Assembly: GCA_965603825.1 (NCBI GenBank)
Contig: CBFDEM010000053.1
Location: 1,302,001 to 1,366,000 of the forward strand
Reading direction: 5' to 3'
DNA from: Blepharisma stoltei ATCC 30299
Taxonomy: Eukaryota; Protista; Ciliophora
DNA length: 64,000 nt
In this document: in pieces, positions 1 to 11,835 of the stretch
How positions within the stretch are numbered: the stretch's first letter is position 1
Layout: each line of letters begins with the position of its first letter
The notes under the pieces: generated by a model
Told to the model about the DNA's origin: nothing
Database searches by the model: none
Seen by the model: the letters and a program-made list of their open reading frames with translations, nothing else
Program-made: the position numbers and the translations under genes

Positions 1-400
1 AAATTAGGATTTTGAATTATTTAAAGCTTGTGCTAGTTTATATCTCCAAAAAATAATTAATTACTATACCGATTTCTTCTGGCCATTTTAATAGGCTTTA
101 GAATTGATTTATGTTATAGTATAGCATTAATGGCATTAATTCTAGGATACACCAATTTATTTTATTCAAAATTTGGCAATAGCTTAATATCAAAACATTT
201 TTATTATCTAAAAATACGGTAATGAGAATGAAAGACCAATGCTGTTGATTTCTAACTAATTAATAATTAACTTTAATTTTCTTTAAGTCTAAGCATATAA
301 GCAATCATAAATTGCAATTTTTGCAATCTTCTTTGTAATTGATGCTAATATTATCATCAAGTACTTATGCAGTTTATTTTCAGTCAGTAATTAAATCTTA

Positions 401-1780
401 TTATAAATCAAAATTATAAACTCTAAGCATATTTCCAAAAACTCCTACAATTTTGACTTCATCAATAAAGGCTTGCACACATCCAGTCTTGCTAGTATTC
501 GCTACAAATGATTTTGGCACCAATCTTGGATTAGCACTTCCGCCCAATAGCACATATCTTTTTTTCCCTGTGGTGGAGTCATAAACATAAATAGAGTTTT
601 CATTCGATGCGGCTATAAAATTGAAGTTATTGCAGGAAACTGAGTTGAAATGCTTGCCCTTCTCTTCGACCTTCGATACTAAGACAATTTGATTATTTTT
701 GTCAATCTTTAATAATGAAACCGTGCTGTTATTACCAACTGATATATATGTAGTTCCATTAATGTTTGCAACTGTGGATAAGTAATTATCTCCAAAATTT
801 TGCGGGTAAAAAATATATCGGTTTTGAGCCGGCTGGTTTATAGGGTAATAGTTGATGATCATTAAGGTCAATGTCATCAGATATACCCCTTCATTGGTAT
901 TTACTATGATTTTATTATTTTCTAATGATAATTTTAGCACGCTTTGTTGGCCAAGATGAGTTTCTATCTATATTTTACCTCTTCTAATATTTGTTTTTAG
1001 ATCCAGCTGATAAACAGTATTTCTTATCCCAAAATATATAAAATTGCCTGATTTTACTATGTTTGCAGTCAATGGAGCACCTGGGAGGAATAATTCAAAC
1101 CCAATTTCTGCTAAAGTTACTTGATTAAAAGCGTCAATTCCAATGATTTTCCCATTTCCATAGCGATTTCCACCAGCAAAGATTCTATATTAAAAATACT
1201 GATTGTTATCAAATAAGCCTATAGAAGTCATTTGTTCAAGCTTCAGTCTCCCTCTTGTTATTTCTCTAGGCAACTCTGATCCCAAGCTCCAAACACTAAA
1301 CTCCCCTGTGTTGGTACCAGCAAGCAACAGCTGATCATTATGCGTCAAAAATGTTATTGAAGCCTCCAATCGACCAATATTATTCAGTTTATAAGTCTGT
1401 GGGTTTTCAGGTGACCATAAGATAATTTCCCCATCTACGGATCTACATTAAAAATACCCAGATACAATAAAATCACCTAGAATTATAGTTGACGTTATAT
1501 ACCCAATATGGCCCCTGCATGGAGCCATTGCATAGTCCTGAGGAGTCCCTCTTAGCATGCCTTCATCAGTTGTTATCCGGCGGATAAAAAGAGCTCGCCA
1601 TGAGTTAAGTGATTTAGAGATTCGGCAAAATGACCATTTTCTTAGACAGAGTTCTCTTCAGATCAGTTCCATCATTGAGCCTCTGTAAGCATTTTTGCAG
1701 GATAAGCTAGCTCTAGCGATGTCTTTATGATCAAGAAAACTAAAGATCACAGAATAAACATTAGGAGATAGGTTATTCAT
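401..1780 (-). CDS. F-box/WD40-repeat protein (about 449 aa; two 15-nt introns)
   Basis: N-terminal F-box-like LSPNVYSVIFSFLDHKDIARASLSCK. Reads through TGA (ELI-W-RELCLRKW). WD motif GHIGYITSTIILGDFIVSG. Frame stays open after removing introns 1443-1457 and 1185-1199; ends at TAA 401. Confidence 0.8.
1185..1199 (-). other. 15-nt spliceosomal intron GTATTTTTAATATAG
   Basis: GT-AG ends, A at -6, contains an in-frame TAA; removal restores the ORF. Confidence 0.85.
1443..1457 (-). other. 15-nt spliceosomal intron GTATTTTTAATGTAG
   Basis: GT-AG ends, A at -6, in-frame TAA; removal gives the WD-type IVSGSVDG. Confidence 0.9.
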
Positions 1781-1870
1781 TTTTATAAGAAAGCCATAGT
1801 TGCCTATAAACTTTATATATTTATTATCAACATAAATTTTCATGGAAAATCTTGGCTTGATAATACAAGG

Positions 1871-3520
1871 TTAATGTATGTCTGTTATTCTTCTTATGCG
1901 GTCTTTCAGGTTTCTAGGAGAAATTGGAGAAACATCATCAAAGGCGGTTCTTCTTCTATTGGTAAGTCTCCTTTGGGATAGTCTTTTTGTGCCTTTTCTT
2001 TGCTTGTCTTCATCTTCTTCTAGCTCAGTGCCCACTTCTGAATTTTCACTTGAAAAGCACATCATAATCTGCTTAAACTCGTCAAAACTCATAAAATCAC
2101 CGACTTTTAGCTGGAATTCCTTTATGATTTCTTCGAAATCTTCTTGTGAAATATAGCATCCAGCTTTTTCAAGAGCAAATTTTAGCTCGTCTACACAGAT
2201 TCGGCCGTCATTATTCTATATGATGGTTACCATGTCAAAATGTTTGAAGACTATCCACATTCCTTCTTCATCAATTAGCCTTTTTCTATCCATCGCCGCT
2301 ATTAAAAACTGCGTATAATTCAATTTTCCCTTCCCAATATAATCAACATTCTGCATTAATTTTGTAAATTCCCCTCCTAAAATTGTATATCCATTTCCTT
2401 TCATCGCTACAGCAATATCCTCAACTGTAATAAACCCTGTATTACTTCTATCAATTAATTTAAAGGCTCCTTGAAGCTCATTAAGCTCCTCTTCAGACAG
2501 ATTCCTAACAAAGACCTTCATTGCTTCTTGCCACAGCTTGCTTGGAGCTCGGAATTTTTTAAGCGAATTAAATATTTCAAGGCCGACCATTCTTTCCTGT
2601 GGGGTTTGGTATAAGATAGAAAATCATTTGTGCTGAAGAGCATTGGCTATAGTAATCCTGGTACTTGGGTTGATATCAAGAAGCTTTGATATTAACTCTT
2701 TGGCATCATCAGAAATCATGCTTCAAGCTGTAGAAGAAAATGAGTAGTCTCCTCGCGTTATTTTTTGGAACAGCTCATTCATACTGTGGGCTAAAAAAGG
2801 CTGCCGGCCTGATAATAATAAATACATCACGACGCCCAGCGATCAGACGTCGCACTCTTTTCCATAAATTCCTCGTAAAATTTCTGGAGCTACATAATAA
2901 GGAGTTCCAACCTTAGTTAGCATATCTTCTTCTCCAAATTTCACTGACATGCCGAAATCAGCTAATTTCACTTCAGCGTTAGGCTCTGAGTTCATAAATA
3001 AAAAATTTTCTGGCTTTAAATCCCTATGGCAGATTTTCAAGCTATGCAAGTGGTTCAATGCTGAAAGCATTTTTTGCATTATTCGGGCGACTTCAGATTC
3101 CACTATAGATCCTTTCTTAATCAAATAATCAAAAATGTCTCCTCCAGAGCAATATTCTAAAACCATATGAATATACTTGCTATCTTCGTATGTTTCATAC
3201 AGCTTTATTATATTAGGATGGTCCACTGTTTGAAGAATTTCAAGTTCCCGCTTAAGCATCACCATGCTCCGCTTAATTCGGTCTTTATTCAAAGACTTAA
3301 TAGCAAATTTTTTCCGCTTTGGACTTTCTGGATTTTCAGATGTTTCAATTTTATAAGCTTTTCTTACCACTCCAAATTGTCCGTAACCTAAAATTTTGAC
3401 AAATTTATATTTGTTATGTATACTCTCTAATCTGACAGCTGTAGAAATGTCGGATTTAAGAATTGGCTTCCCAGTTCCAGGCTCTCTCATGTAAATTTCT
3501 CTGTGAAAACAGATTCCCAT
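1871..3520 (-). CDS. Calcium-dependent protein kinase (kinase plus EF-hands), one intron
   Basis: LGYGQFG, AIK, HRDLKPEN, DFG, GTPYYVAPE and DV-W(TGA)-SLG motifs. EF-hands DRSNTGFITVED and, after splicing 2216-2230, DMNNDGRICVDE. N-terminal MGIC acylation motif. Confidence 0.93.
2216..2230 (-). other. 15-nt intron GTAACCATCATATAG
   Basis: GT-AG ends, A at -6; removal rebuilds an EF-hand loop. Confidence 0.9.
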
Positions 3521-3707
3521 TTACAAATTTTATAAAAAACAAGGAATTAGTGTGGGCTATGCACTATAGCTGAAACTTAAAAGGAGGAAATTTTAATATT
3601 TTAATAAGATCATAATGGCCACGAAAAAGCGCAATGATAGTATCTTGAAATTAATAAATGATTTGCTTATCCTTTTATGAGTATAATCAATTTAAATTAC
3701 AGTAAAG

Positions 3708-4004
3708 TTAGCTGACTTTTTTAGCTGCCAGCTGATTTCGGTATTCCCTAGCATTGCAGAGGTCTTTTATTTGTGTACTCAGAGTATCATTAGGAGATAA
3801 AGAGCTTAAAATATAATTGCTCTTTTTACCCCAAGCCTTATGCTTTTCTTCCAAACTCTTTCTGAATTCCTCAAATTGGTCTTCTATAGGGATTTCCGAT
3901 TCTCTTTGTTTCTTTTCCTTTCTGTCTTTTAGCTCCTTATGCTTATATGCCCGAATCATCCCATAATTCGAGTACTCTCTATCGCAGCTTAACGGTGCAT
4001 CCAT
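3708..4004 (-). CDS. Small hypothetical protein (about 98 aa)
   Basis: Open frame with coding-like composition and an ATG in an AAAATG context; alternative ATG at 4025. Confidence 0.55.
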   Translation of the reverse strand: MDAPLSCDREYSNYGMIRAYKHKELKDRKEKKQRESEIPIEDQFEEFRKSLEEKHKAWGKKSNYILSSLSPNDTLSTQIKDLCNAREYRNQLAAKKVS

Positions 4005-4044
4005 TTTAAATTGATAATTACGCATTTAACTTACCTCTTAATTG

Positions 4045-5250
4045 TTACTCTTTTGAGTGAGTCAAGCTTTCCATGCTCATCATCACCTCAGCAAAATTCA
4101 TTAAGTTCTGCCTCTTATTACTCTGCTCATTTTTCATGATATTTTTGGCAGCTTCTACAACTTGTCCTATAACTTCCAAAATTTCGGCTTTTTCTGACTC
4201 TATTTTTTCAATTTTTTCGTCTTTTTCTCTGATTTGTTGGCTTAGCTGTTCTAATAATGCGTTATTACTTTGGATTCTTTTAAGGAGCTCTTGGTTGTCT
4301 GCGTTTAGCTTTTCTAGCACTTGAGAGGCATTTTCTTGTTTTTTTGAATTAATTCCTGCTATTATTTCTTGGTTTTTTAGCCTTTCTGCATCTAGAAATT
4401 TTTTAGTATCGATTAATTCTCGTTCACTTTTTGTGATAGCATTTTTAAGCACAGAAACCTGCTCTTCAAGCTCTGCCTGCTTTCTTTTATAATTTTTGTT
4501 TGAATTTTTTTCTTCTTCATTGAACTTGGAGTTTATATCTTTCAAAGCTCCCATGGTTTGGAAAATTACATCCATAAAGCTCTGCATTTGTGCATGACAC
4601 TTGGCTATGTCATTTTGCAGCTCTGCAATTTTGCTTTCTTTTTCTTGCAAAAGCAAAGCATTTTGATAGTTTGGAGGCCTTTGAGTTCGCTCTTGATCTA
4701 TATCGGCTTTTATCAGTCCTATGAATTCCACAAGTCCTCTGACACTGTCTGGCTTTACGTGCATTTGGCTAAGGACCTCAGCTATTAGATTGTCTGTGAC
4801 ACGGATTTCTTCTTTAATTTCAGTTTTGCCCTGTGTAGCTATCTCAATGATGTCTTTGGCGCTGACTCGAATGTCTTCTAAACTTTCTCTTGCCTGGACT
4901 TTTCTTCTCAGAAATTCATTTGAGTCTGTTGGCTTTGCATCAGGATAGATCGCATCTAAATCATCACCTGGCTGTTTTATTGCTAAACTTTCCCTTAGAT
5001 TGACCATGCTTTGTTTCAGCTCTTCTATGTTGCCTATCCTATTACTTATTGCCAAACTTGAAAGAACTTGACTTACAAAAGGAGATGCTAAACTGTTCAA
5101 AATTGACTGATTCCATTGCCTTCATGAAGGGACATTCGGAAGGTCGTCCTCTCTGCTATTTCTTAGCTCATCCACAAGCAATAATTCAGGCTTTTGAGAT
5201 TCTTGAGAACTTTTGCTTAATTCAAACGTTGATGACATTTTTGAGTTCAT
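4045..5250 (-). CDS. Coiled-coil protein (about 401 aa)
   Basis: ORF 4045-5100 extends through one TGA to ATG 5250; heptad-rich E/K/Q sequence. Confidence 0.75.
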
Positions 5251-5283
5251 TTGAAATCCCTCTTTATTGAATTAAGCTATAAT

Positions 5284-8200
5284 ATGGAGGAAAATAAAGG
5301 CTCAGTTTTAAAAGTCACCAAGGACGGTTCAATTACTTGCCAAATCCAAGAATATTTGCTAACATATTATACCTGAAAAAACAAAAAATTCAAAATATTC
5401 GCTTTTATATTAAAAAGTTCAATAAATTCTAAAGAATACATATGAAAAATTAACAAAAGCTATAGTGATTTCTCTCAAACTATCAACGAGCTTCAAACTG
5501 AAAAAGGCACTCGCAACTTGAATTTACCTCATTGGCCCAAGCAAAGACACTTTCAACGTAAAAATGACGAGGAAAAATTGAATATTTGTTTTGAAATGCT
5601 CAAAGCTTTTTTAGCTCCTGAATTCAGTTCTTCTAAGATCATCATGGAATTTATTGAAGTTTCGTCAAAATCTTTTGAGCATGATAAAAAACTCAAAGAA
5701 GGCTTCGTCCTAAAGATGGGAGGAGGAAGAGTGAGCAACCAAAAAAAACTTTTTAATTGCTATAACTGTGGTACAAGGATTTCGAAAAGGTGGCTTAGAA
5801 TAAATGAAGATGGCCTAGAATATGTCCACGATCCTTTTCTCAGCAATTTATCTGACGTGATTCCTTTTGGAAAAGATTTTGCAATCAAAAGTGGAAGAAA
5901 AGAAACAGATTATATAGATGGTTTAAGAATTATGACACCTCAACATAATGTAGTATTTAGAACAGGCAGCGTTTTTAAACGTGATGAATGGGTTGAAGCC
6001 ATTGCTGTAGCATATAGTCAATCAGAGTATAAAATATCGCAAATCCCCAACGATTCTTCATTTTTAGTACGAAATCATAACCATGTGAAATGGTACATTG
6101 ATGGTGAAAATTACTATTCTGATGTATATGAAGCATTAATCAATGCAAAGAATTTTGTTTTTATTACTGACTGGTGACTCAGTCCTGATATGTATTTGAA
6201 AAGGCCAGCATCAAAATATCCTGAGTCTCAAATTGTAGAAGTCCTTGGAAGTCTTGCAGATCGAGGAGTGCTAGTATATATCCACATTTATAAAGAAATC
6301 ACCTTTACTTTGACTCTAAACTCTTTGTATACTAAAACAAGGCTCACACAAAGGAACCAAAATATCAGAATAATGCGCCACCCAAACGTTTCTATCAAAG
6401 GAGGGTCTTTTCTTTGGTCTCATCACGAAAAAATGGTAATAGTTGACTACAAGCTTGCCTTTATGGGAGGGCTTGACCTTTGCTATGGGCGTTGGGACAA
6501 TAATCTGCATTATCTTGCAGATAATGGAGAAGAAAAAATATGGAATGGGATTGACTATTCTAACGTCAGAATAGCTGACTTCACTAAGGTTGAAAATTGG
6601 GAAAGGGACACTATAGATAGATCGACAGCTCCTCGAATGCCATGGCATGATATAGCGATTTCAGTCAGAGGAAGGGTTGTAGGCGATATAGCATCTCATT
6701 TTAGAGATCTATGAAACCATTCAGTCAGGGATATCACTGGGTCTAAAGAAAATTCTGAACTGATTTCACTTATGGATACGACAAAGCTGCAAAGGATTCA
6801 GACAAAGATGGACATTGTGATAAGCAAAACAACAGAAAGCCAAATTGTAGATAACGAAGAAGAGCAAGCCAAGCAGACTCCATCGAAAGGAAAACTGACA
6901 ATATTTAAAGGACTGGTAAGTCAGCTGTTTTCTGGAGAATCTGATAATCCAGTAGACAATGCTGCTTTCAATGCGAATATCTTGCATCAGCAGTTTATTA
7001 AGCAGAGAGAGAGAATTAATAGCACACCTGAAAGAATGCAGCTCGTAACTTCAATGAACAGTCCAGTTTCAAGAAAACCAGGATTAATTGAGCATCTTGG
7101 GCTTCAAAATGTTTCAATTTTTTCAAAACTAATCCAATCCAACTTATTAACCCCACATCCAAGAGCACAAAGATTTTTCAGCGAGCAAGATAAGGACGAG
7201 CGAGAAGAAAGAGAAAGAAAGGAAGAGTTGGATTATGAAGAAACCATAGTCAGGCTTAGAACAGAGATTACAAGAGGTTCCAAAGCTTTTATTGATGTTA
7301 CCCCAAAAATCTCCCCTCAAAGCACTGAAACCATTGGTAGCTGCGAATGCCAGCTTGTAAGAAGTGCAGGACTGTGATCGATAGGAATGCTTCCTGCAGA
7401 AAGCTCGATACATTCTGCGTATATTCATGCTATTTATGACGCTCAATATTTTATATATATAGAAAATCAGTTTTTCATCTCAAGTACTGCAGGATCACCT
7501 GTCATAAACTGCATTGCTGAAAGCTTAACTTATCGTATAGTCAAAGCCATAAACCTGAATCAGCCTTTCAAAGTAATAGTAGCTATTCCTTTGCTTCCAG
7601 CCTTTGAAGGATCAGTTGACGACCCTTCAGCTTCAGTGCTCCGTGTCCAGCTTCACTGGGAATATCAAACTATCTGTAGAGGGGCCAATAGTATCTATGA
7701 GCATCTTAAAAAGTATACAAAAAGACCTAAAGATTACATAAGGTTTTACTCCCTTAGAACCCATTCAATGCTTGACGACACCCCAGTCACTGAAATGGTT
7801 TATATCCATTCAAAACTTATGATTGTAGATGACCAAGTAATGATCTGTGGAAGCGCCAATATAAATGACCGCAGTATGAATGGCGACAGAGACAGCGAGA
7901 TAGCTTTAGTAATAAGAGACAGCAATAAAGTCATGAGTGTTATGGATGGGAAAGAGTTTGAAGTAGGAGAACTCCCTCATAGCTTACGCATAAACATTTT
8001 TAAGGAGCATTCAGGATGTGATGACCCTAGAGTATTAAGGGATCCTTTTTCTGATGAATTTAGAGAGGTCTGAAAGTATAGGGCTAAGCTAAACACCTCG
8101 TATTACAGGAATGTGTTTAGGTGCTATCCTGATGATAGGATTAAAAAAATCAAAAAAATAAAAAGCTATGAAAATAGAGCTAATTTAGAAGATTATCACC

Positions 8201-8322
8201 ATTTAGTAGAAAATGTAAAAGGGAATTTAGTAGAGTTTCCGCTCAAGTTTTTAGAAAGAGAAGACTTGCAGATTAAAGTGTCGAATAAGGAGTATTTCTT
8301 GCCGGATATCACATTTGTTTAG
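5284..8322 (+). CDS. Phospholipase D, PX-PH type (PLD1/zeta-like), about 1012 aa
   Basis: Five ORF-track fragments share one frame joined by TGA. Two HKD motifs (HHEKMVIVD, IHSKLMIVD), plus ITDW-W(TGA)-LSP, PRMPWHD, YIENQFF and GSANINDRS. Confidence 0.95.
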
Positions 8323-8453
8323 GAATAAATAAAAATTCTTAAAAAGGGCGCATAATTAATAATATTTAGATACAATAAAAAGATATTTGCTAAGTTAATA
8401 GATCAAAATTTAAAATTTGCAGTGAATTATGCTTTGAAATTATTCAATATAAA

Positions 8454-11400
8454 TTATGGATCTCTTCTTTGATAAAACAAAATATAAGCTGCAGGTGTCA
8501 CTAAGTTTTCTTGCTTGATCGGAAAATAATAAGAGTCATCCATATCGATTCAAGAGTTTCCTCTAGGACTCTTTACATAAGCTGTATAATGTCCTCCTAC
8601 CATTGAACCATAATGATTTGATATTGCATATAAATCATAAACTGCTTCATTATTTTCTCCTACAAATTCATTAAGACTTAATCCTTCAATAGGAAAATTT
8701 ACCGTTGAATTTATTTTTTCACTCCATGAAGACCTCGATTTAAACCTTATCAAATGTATTATCAATATTTTTGGTGCCTTATGAATATGAAAAGACTTAG
8801 TAGCCTGCACAGATTTTTGGCATTTTGGACACAGTCATCTATTTTTATCATCCAATTTCTCTGATTCTGAAGAAAATTTTCAGCAGTCATATAAAGAAAT
8901 CTCAGAGGCTTGCTTTAGATTTGGCTCTTGTATAATATTTGGAAATTCCTTAGAAGTATTAAGCTTTTCTAGTCCTAAAACTATGCTATTTCATTCTATT
9001 TCTAATATAAAATGATTTTTAGAATTTCTTCTATGATTTAGCATTTCTCTTAAAGTAATTTCATTATTTTGCGGTAATACACAATTTTTGCAATTTTTTG
9101 TGCCGCAGAACTCACAGTTAGTTTTTTCTGGATTTGAAGATTGGTTTACAATTTTAATCAAATATATAGGATCTGTCATTTCATTAAATTTATTTAAAGC
9201 ATCAATTCCATCATCTAATTTCTTACCAGTATTTTCTTCTATGATTGACTTAAAATAATAAGCTAAGATTATATGGATTTCAAGAGCTGTATATGATCTT
9301 GATAAAAATATAAGTCTCATAAAGGTTTGTAAAGATTTTGTTGAAAAAGGCTTATTTTCTGGAGTTTTTGTAATAACTAGTGGAATGGTTTCGACATCAC
9401 TCATATTTTCTGGCATTTCAAAAGCTATTATATTTTTATCACCAATATCAAAGATTGTGGCGGTATCTGAGACAAAGCCTTTTAATGTAAAATTCGTATA
9501 TGCTGCAAGCATTATATGTGATATGTCAAAAAATTGTTTTATAAGAGATTTCAGCACATTTATTTTTGAGTCAATATTGACTGCAAAATTTTGCACAATT
9601 GGTATTTTATCAGGGTTCGAAAAAACAATCACAACTCTGATTTTTTTTACCTCAAAATTTGGTATTGACAAAGAAAACGTTAAAAATGGGTCATATCTAA
9701 TAGACTGAAAATTGCATTCTGGGCATATTAGCATTGATTTACTTTGTCCATAAAAATTATCAACGATGAAACTTTGATTTTTTAATAAAAATCTTTCCCA
9801 GGATTTTAATGCAAGCTCTTCTTCAGTTTTTGCTGTTTCTATAATTTCATTTTGTTCGTTACTTATGGCTGCTTTATTCAGATCTTCATGTAGACCATTT
9901 AATATATAAGTAATTAACTCATGAGAATCGTGCTGCTGATAGCCCATAAATTGGGGAGCCAGTCTTGAGATGGTTCCTTTAAATTGCCATGGAGACACAA
10001 TAGCTGATGTGCCTATTCATAAATCTTTCAATAGCCCAGCATAAGAAAAGACTAAATGGATTCGTTTATTAGAGGCCTGATTGATGCTTTGCATAAAATC
10101 TCCATTTAAAAAATAGCTTGTTAAAGAGATTGTATGTGATAAACACTGTATAGCAGAGTTCATGTAACAAGTATTGCCCAAGTTCTGTAATCCGGTCATT
10201 CCTAGTCGAATTGGCTCGGCAGACTGATTTGATGACTTTATTTGATCACACAAGTCTTTATGCCACTGATAATTTTCTTCTTGGCACTGGATACTGCAAT
10301 ATTTTACTACTAAACATCCAGGACAAGCAGTGAGATTTCCAGTTTTTTTGCAATTTATACAAACTTCACTGGGTGTATTTGTAAGTGTTCATTTTCCACT
10401 TAAAGTTAAAAATTCAATGATTACAACGTCTCTAGCATCAATGTCAGAGAACTCCAGCTCGGTCTGGTCATTCAGAAGAACAGAGTCTTTTATATAAATT
10501 TCGTCTGTATTGGTAGGAAATTCCTTATCAGTTATTTCAATTCTAGGAACTTTTCATAGTCTACTGATTTCAAAACACAAGCATTCTGACAATAGCAAGT
10601 CTCTTAAAACTCGATGGAGTTTTATTCTTAAATCATTTACAGTGGCTCTTCTACTAATACAAATGGTTTTTATTGGAATTTCTTTGCTAGTGATTTTTGG
10701 TAAAATTAAAATATCAATTTCTTTAAGGTAAACTTCGACTTCTGTTATAAAGTCATCAGAAATTCCTATAGAGTATCTAGGAATCTCATTATCTGCTATA
10801 TTTCATGTGGAACTCAATATAAAATATGCGTCTTTTGGAATAGCAACGTATTCTTGGTCTTCATATAAAGCATTTTTAATGCAAATATTGGTGTAATAGG
10901 AATTAGGGTCAGTGTCATAATAAAACTTATCAGGATCTGGAAGAGAAATTATGCTTGCATTTGATATTGGTCCTGGAGGATCTATGGATTTATGTGTAGA
11001 AAAATCAGTTCATTTATCAAATCAATCTTTAGAAATTAGATAGGAGAGGTTTCCTGGTTTTTCTATGTAATTTTTTATGATAAAATTTAAAGTTTTGTAT
11101 TCTTCTAATGAATTTTTTTCTATATTAAGTCTTAGGATTTTTTCTTGGACTAGCAGATTAGATAAAGAGATATATTGAGTAATTTCAGCTAAAGCACAAT
11201 AAGCTTCTTCTAAGTTTCCCAGCCTTTCCAATGCTTTTCCCATGCACAAAGCGATTTTTTCATAATATTTGTCCTTCACCTGCTGATCAGATAGATTTTT
11301 TACTAAATCTAGGGATTCCTTTGCTGAGAGAATGGCATTGGGATAATTTTTCATGTTATAGTAGCATATCATAACCCCATACTTTGCTTTGATATTTGCA

Positions 11401-11510
11401 TGCACTCTAAAGCTCTGTGTAAATCTAGAAATTGCTTCTTGGTATTCGCCAGCAATCAATCTCTCTTCTGCTTGTGCTAAGAGGGCTTGAGCTACAATTT
11501 GCTTTTCCAT
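8454..11510 (-). CDS. Ubiquitin-specific protease (C19) with TPR, DUSP/UBL-like and MYND zinc-finger regions, about 1018 aa
   Basis: Single frame with 10 TGA codons. Cys box GLQNLGNTCYMNS, QQHDSHE, His box HYGSMVGGHYTAY and AAYILFYQR. N-terminal TPR, DUSP-like PPGPISN, and MYND-like CINC..ACPGC..YCSIQCQ..WHKDLC. Confidence 0.92.
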
Positions 11511-11835
11511 TTATTTAGTAATTTCATTTAATTACAAAGTATTTTAAATTAATATTTATAATAGTGATTAACAAACAAACGACTTAATCTGATGTAACTA
11601 TCATTTAAATACTGAAAAAATTCCAAAATATGAAGATGCCACTTCAGTTTATAACATGCTTTAAGAAAAGGGCTATAAATTGTCTATCTACTTTCCGGAG
11701 GTTTACTCTTTAGATCATTCTACAGTTAATTGAACGAGCGCTGCTAGATCTGCAACCTTTAGACAAAGCCAAGAAGTTTTAGATTTAAATTTATTACTAA
11801 AATTGCATATCATTTAATAATTTTCATTATCTCTA

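Noticed and set aside
4031-4048. An intron joining the 4045-5250 gene to the 3708 ORF
   Set aside because: The best candidate, GTAACAATTAAGAG, is 14 nt with a GAG acceptor, unlike the other introns here; treated as two genes.
5284-11510. PLD, USP and other genes appearing as fragmented pseudogenes
   Set aside because: All fragments share one frame and are split only by TGA at Trp positions.
11700-11745. U3 snoRNA, from a box-A-like AGATCATTCTACAG
   Set aside because: Spacing is too short and no downstream C or D boxes are present.
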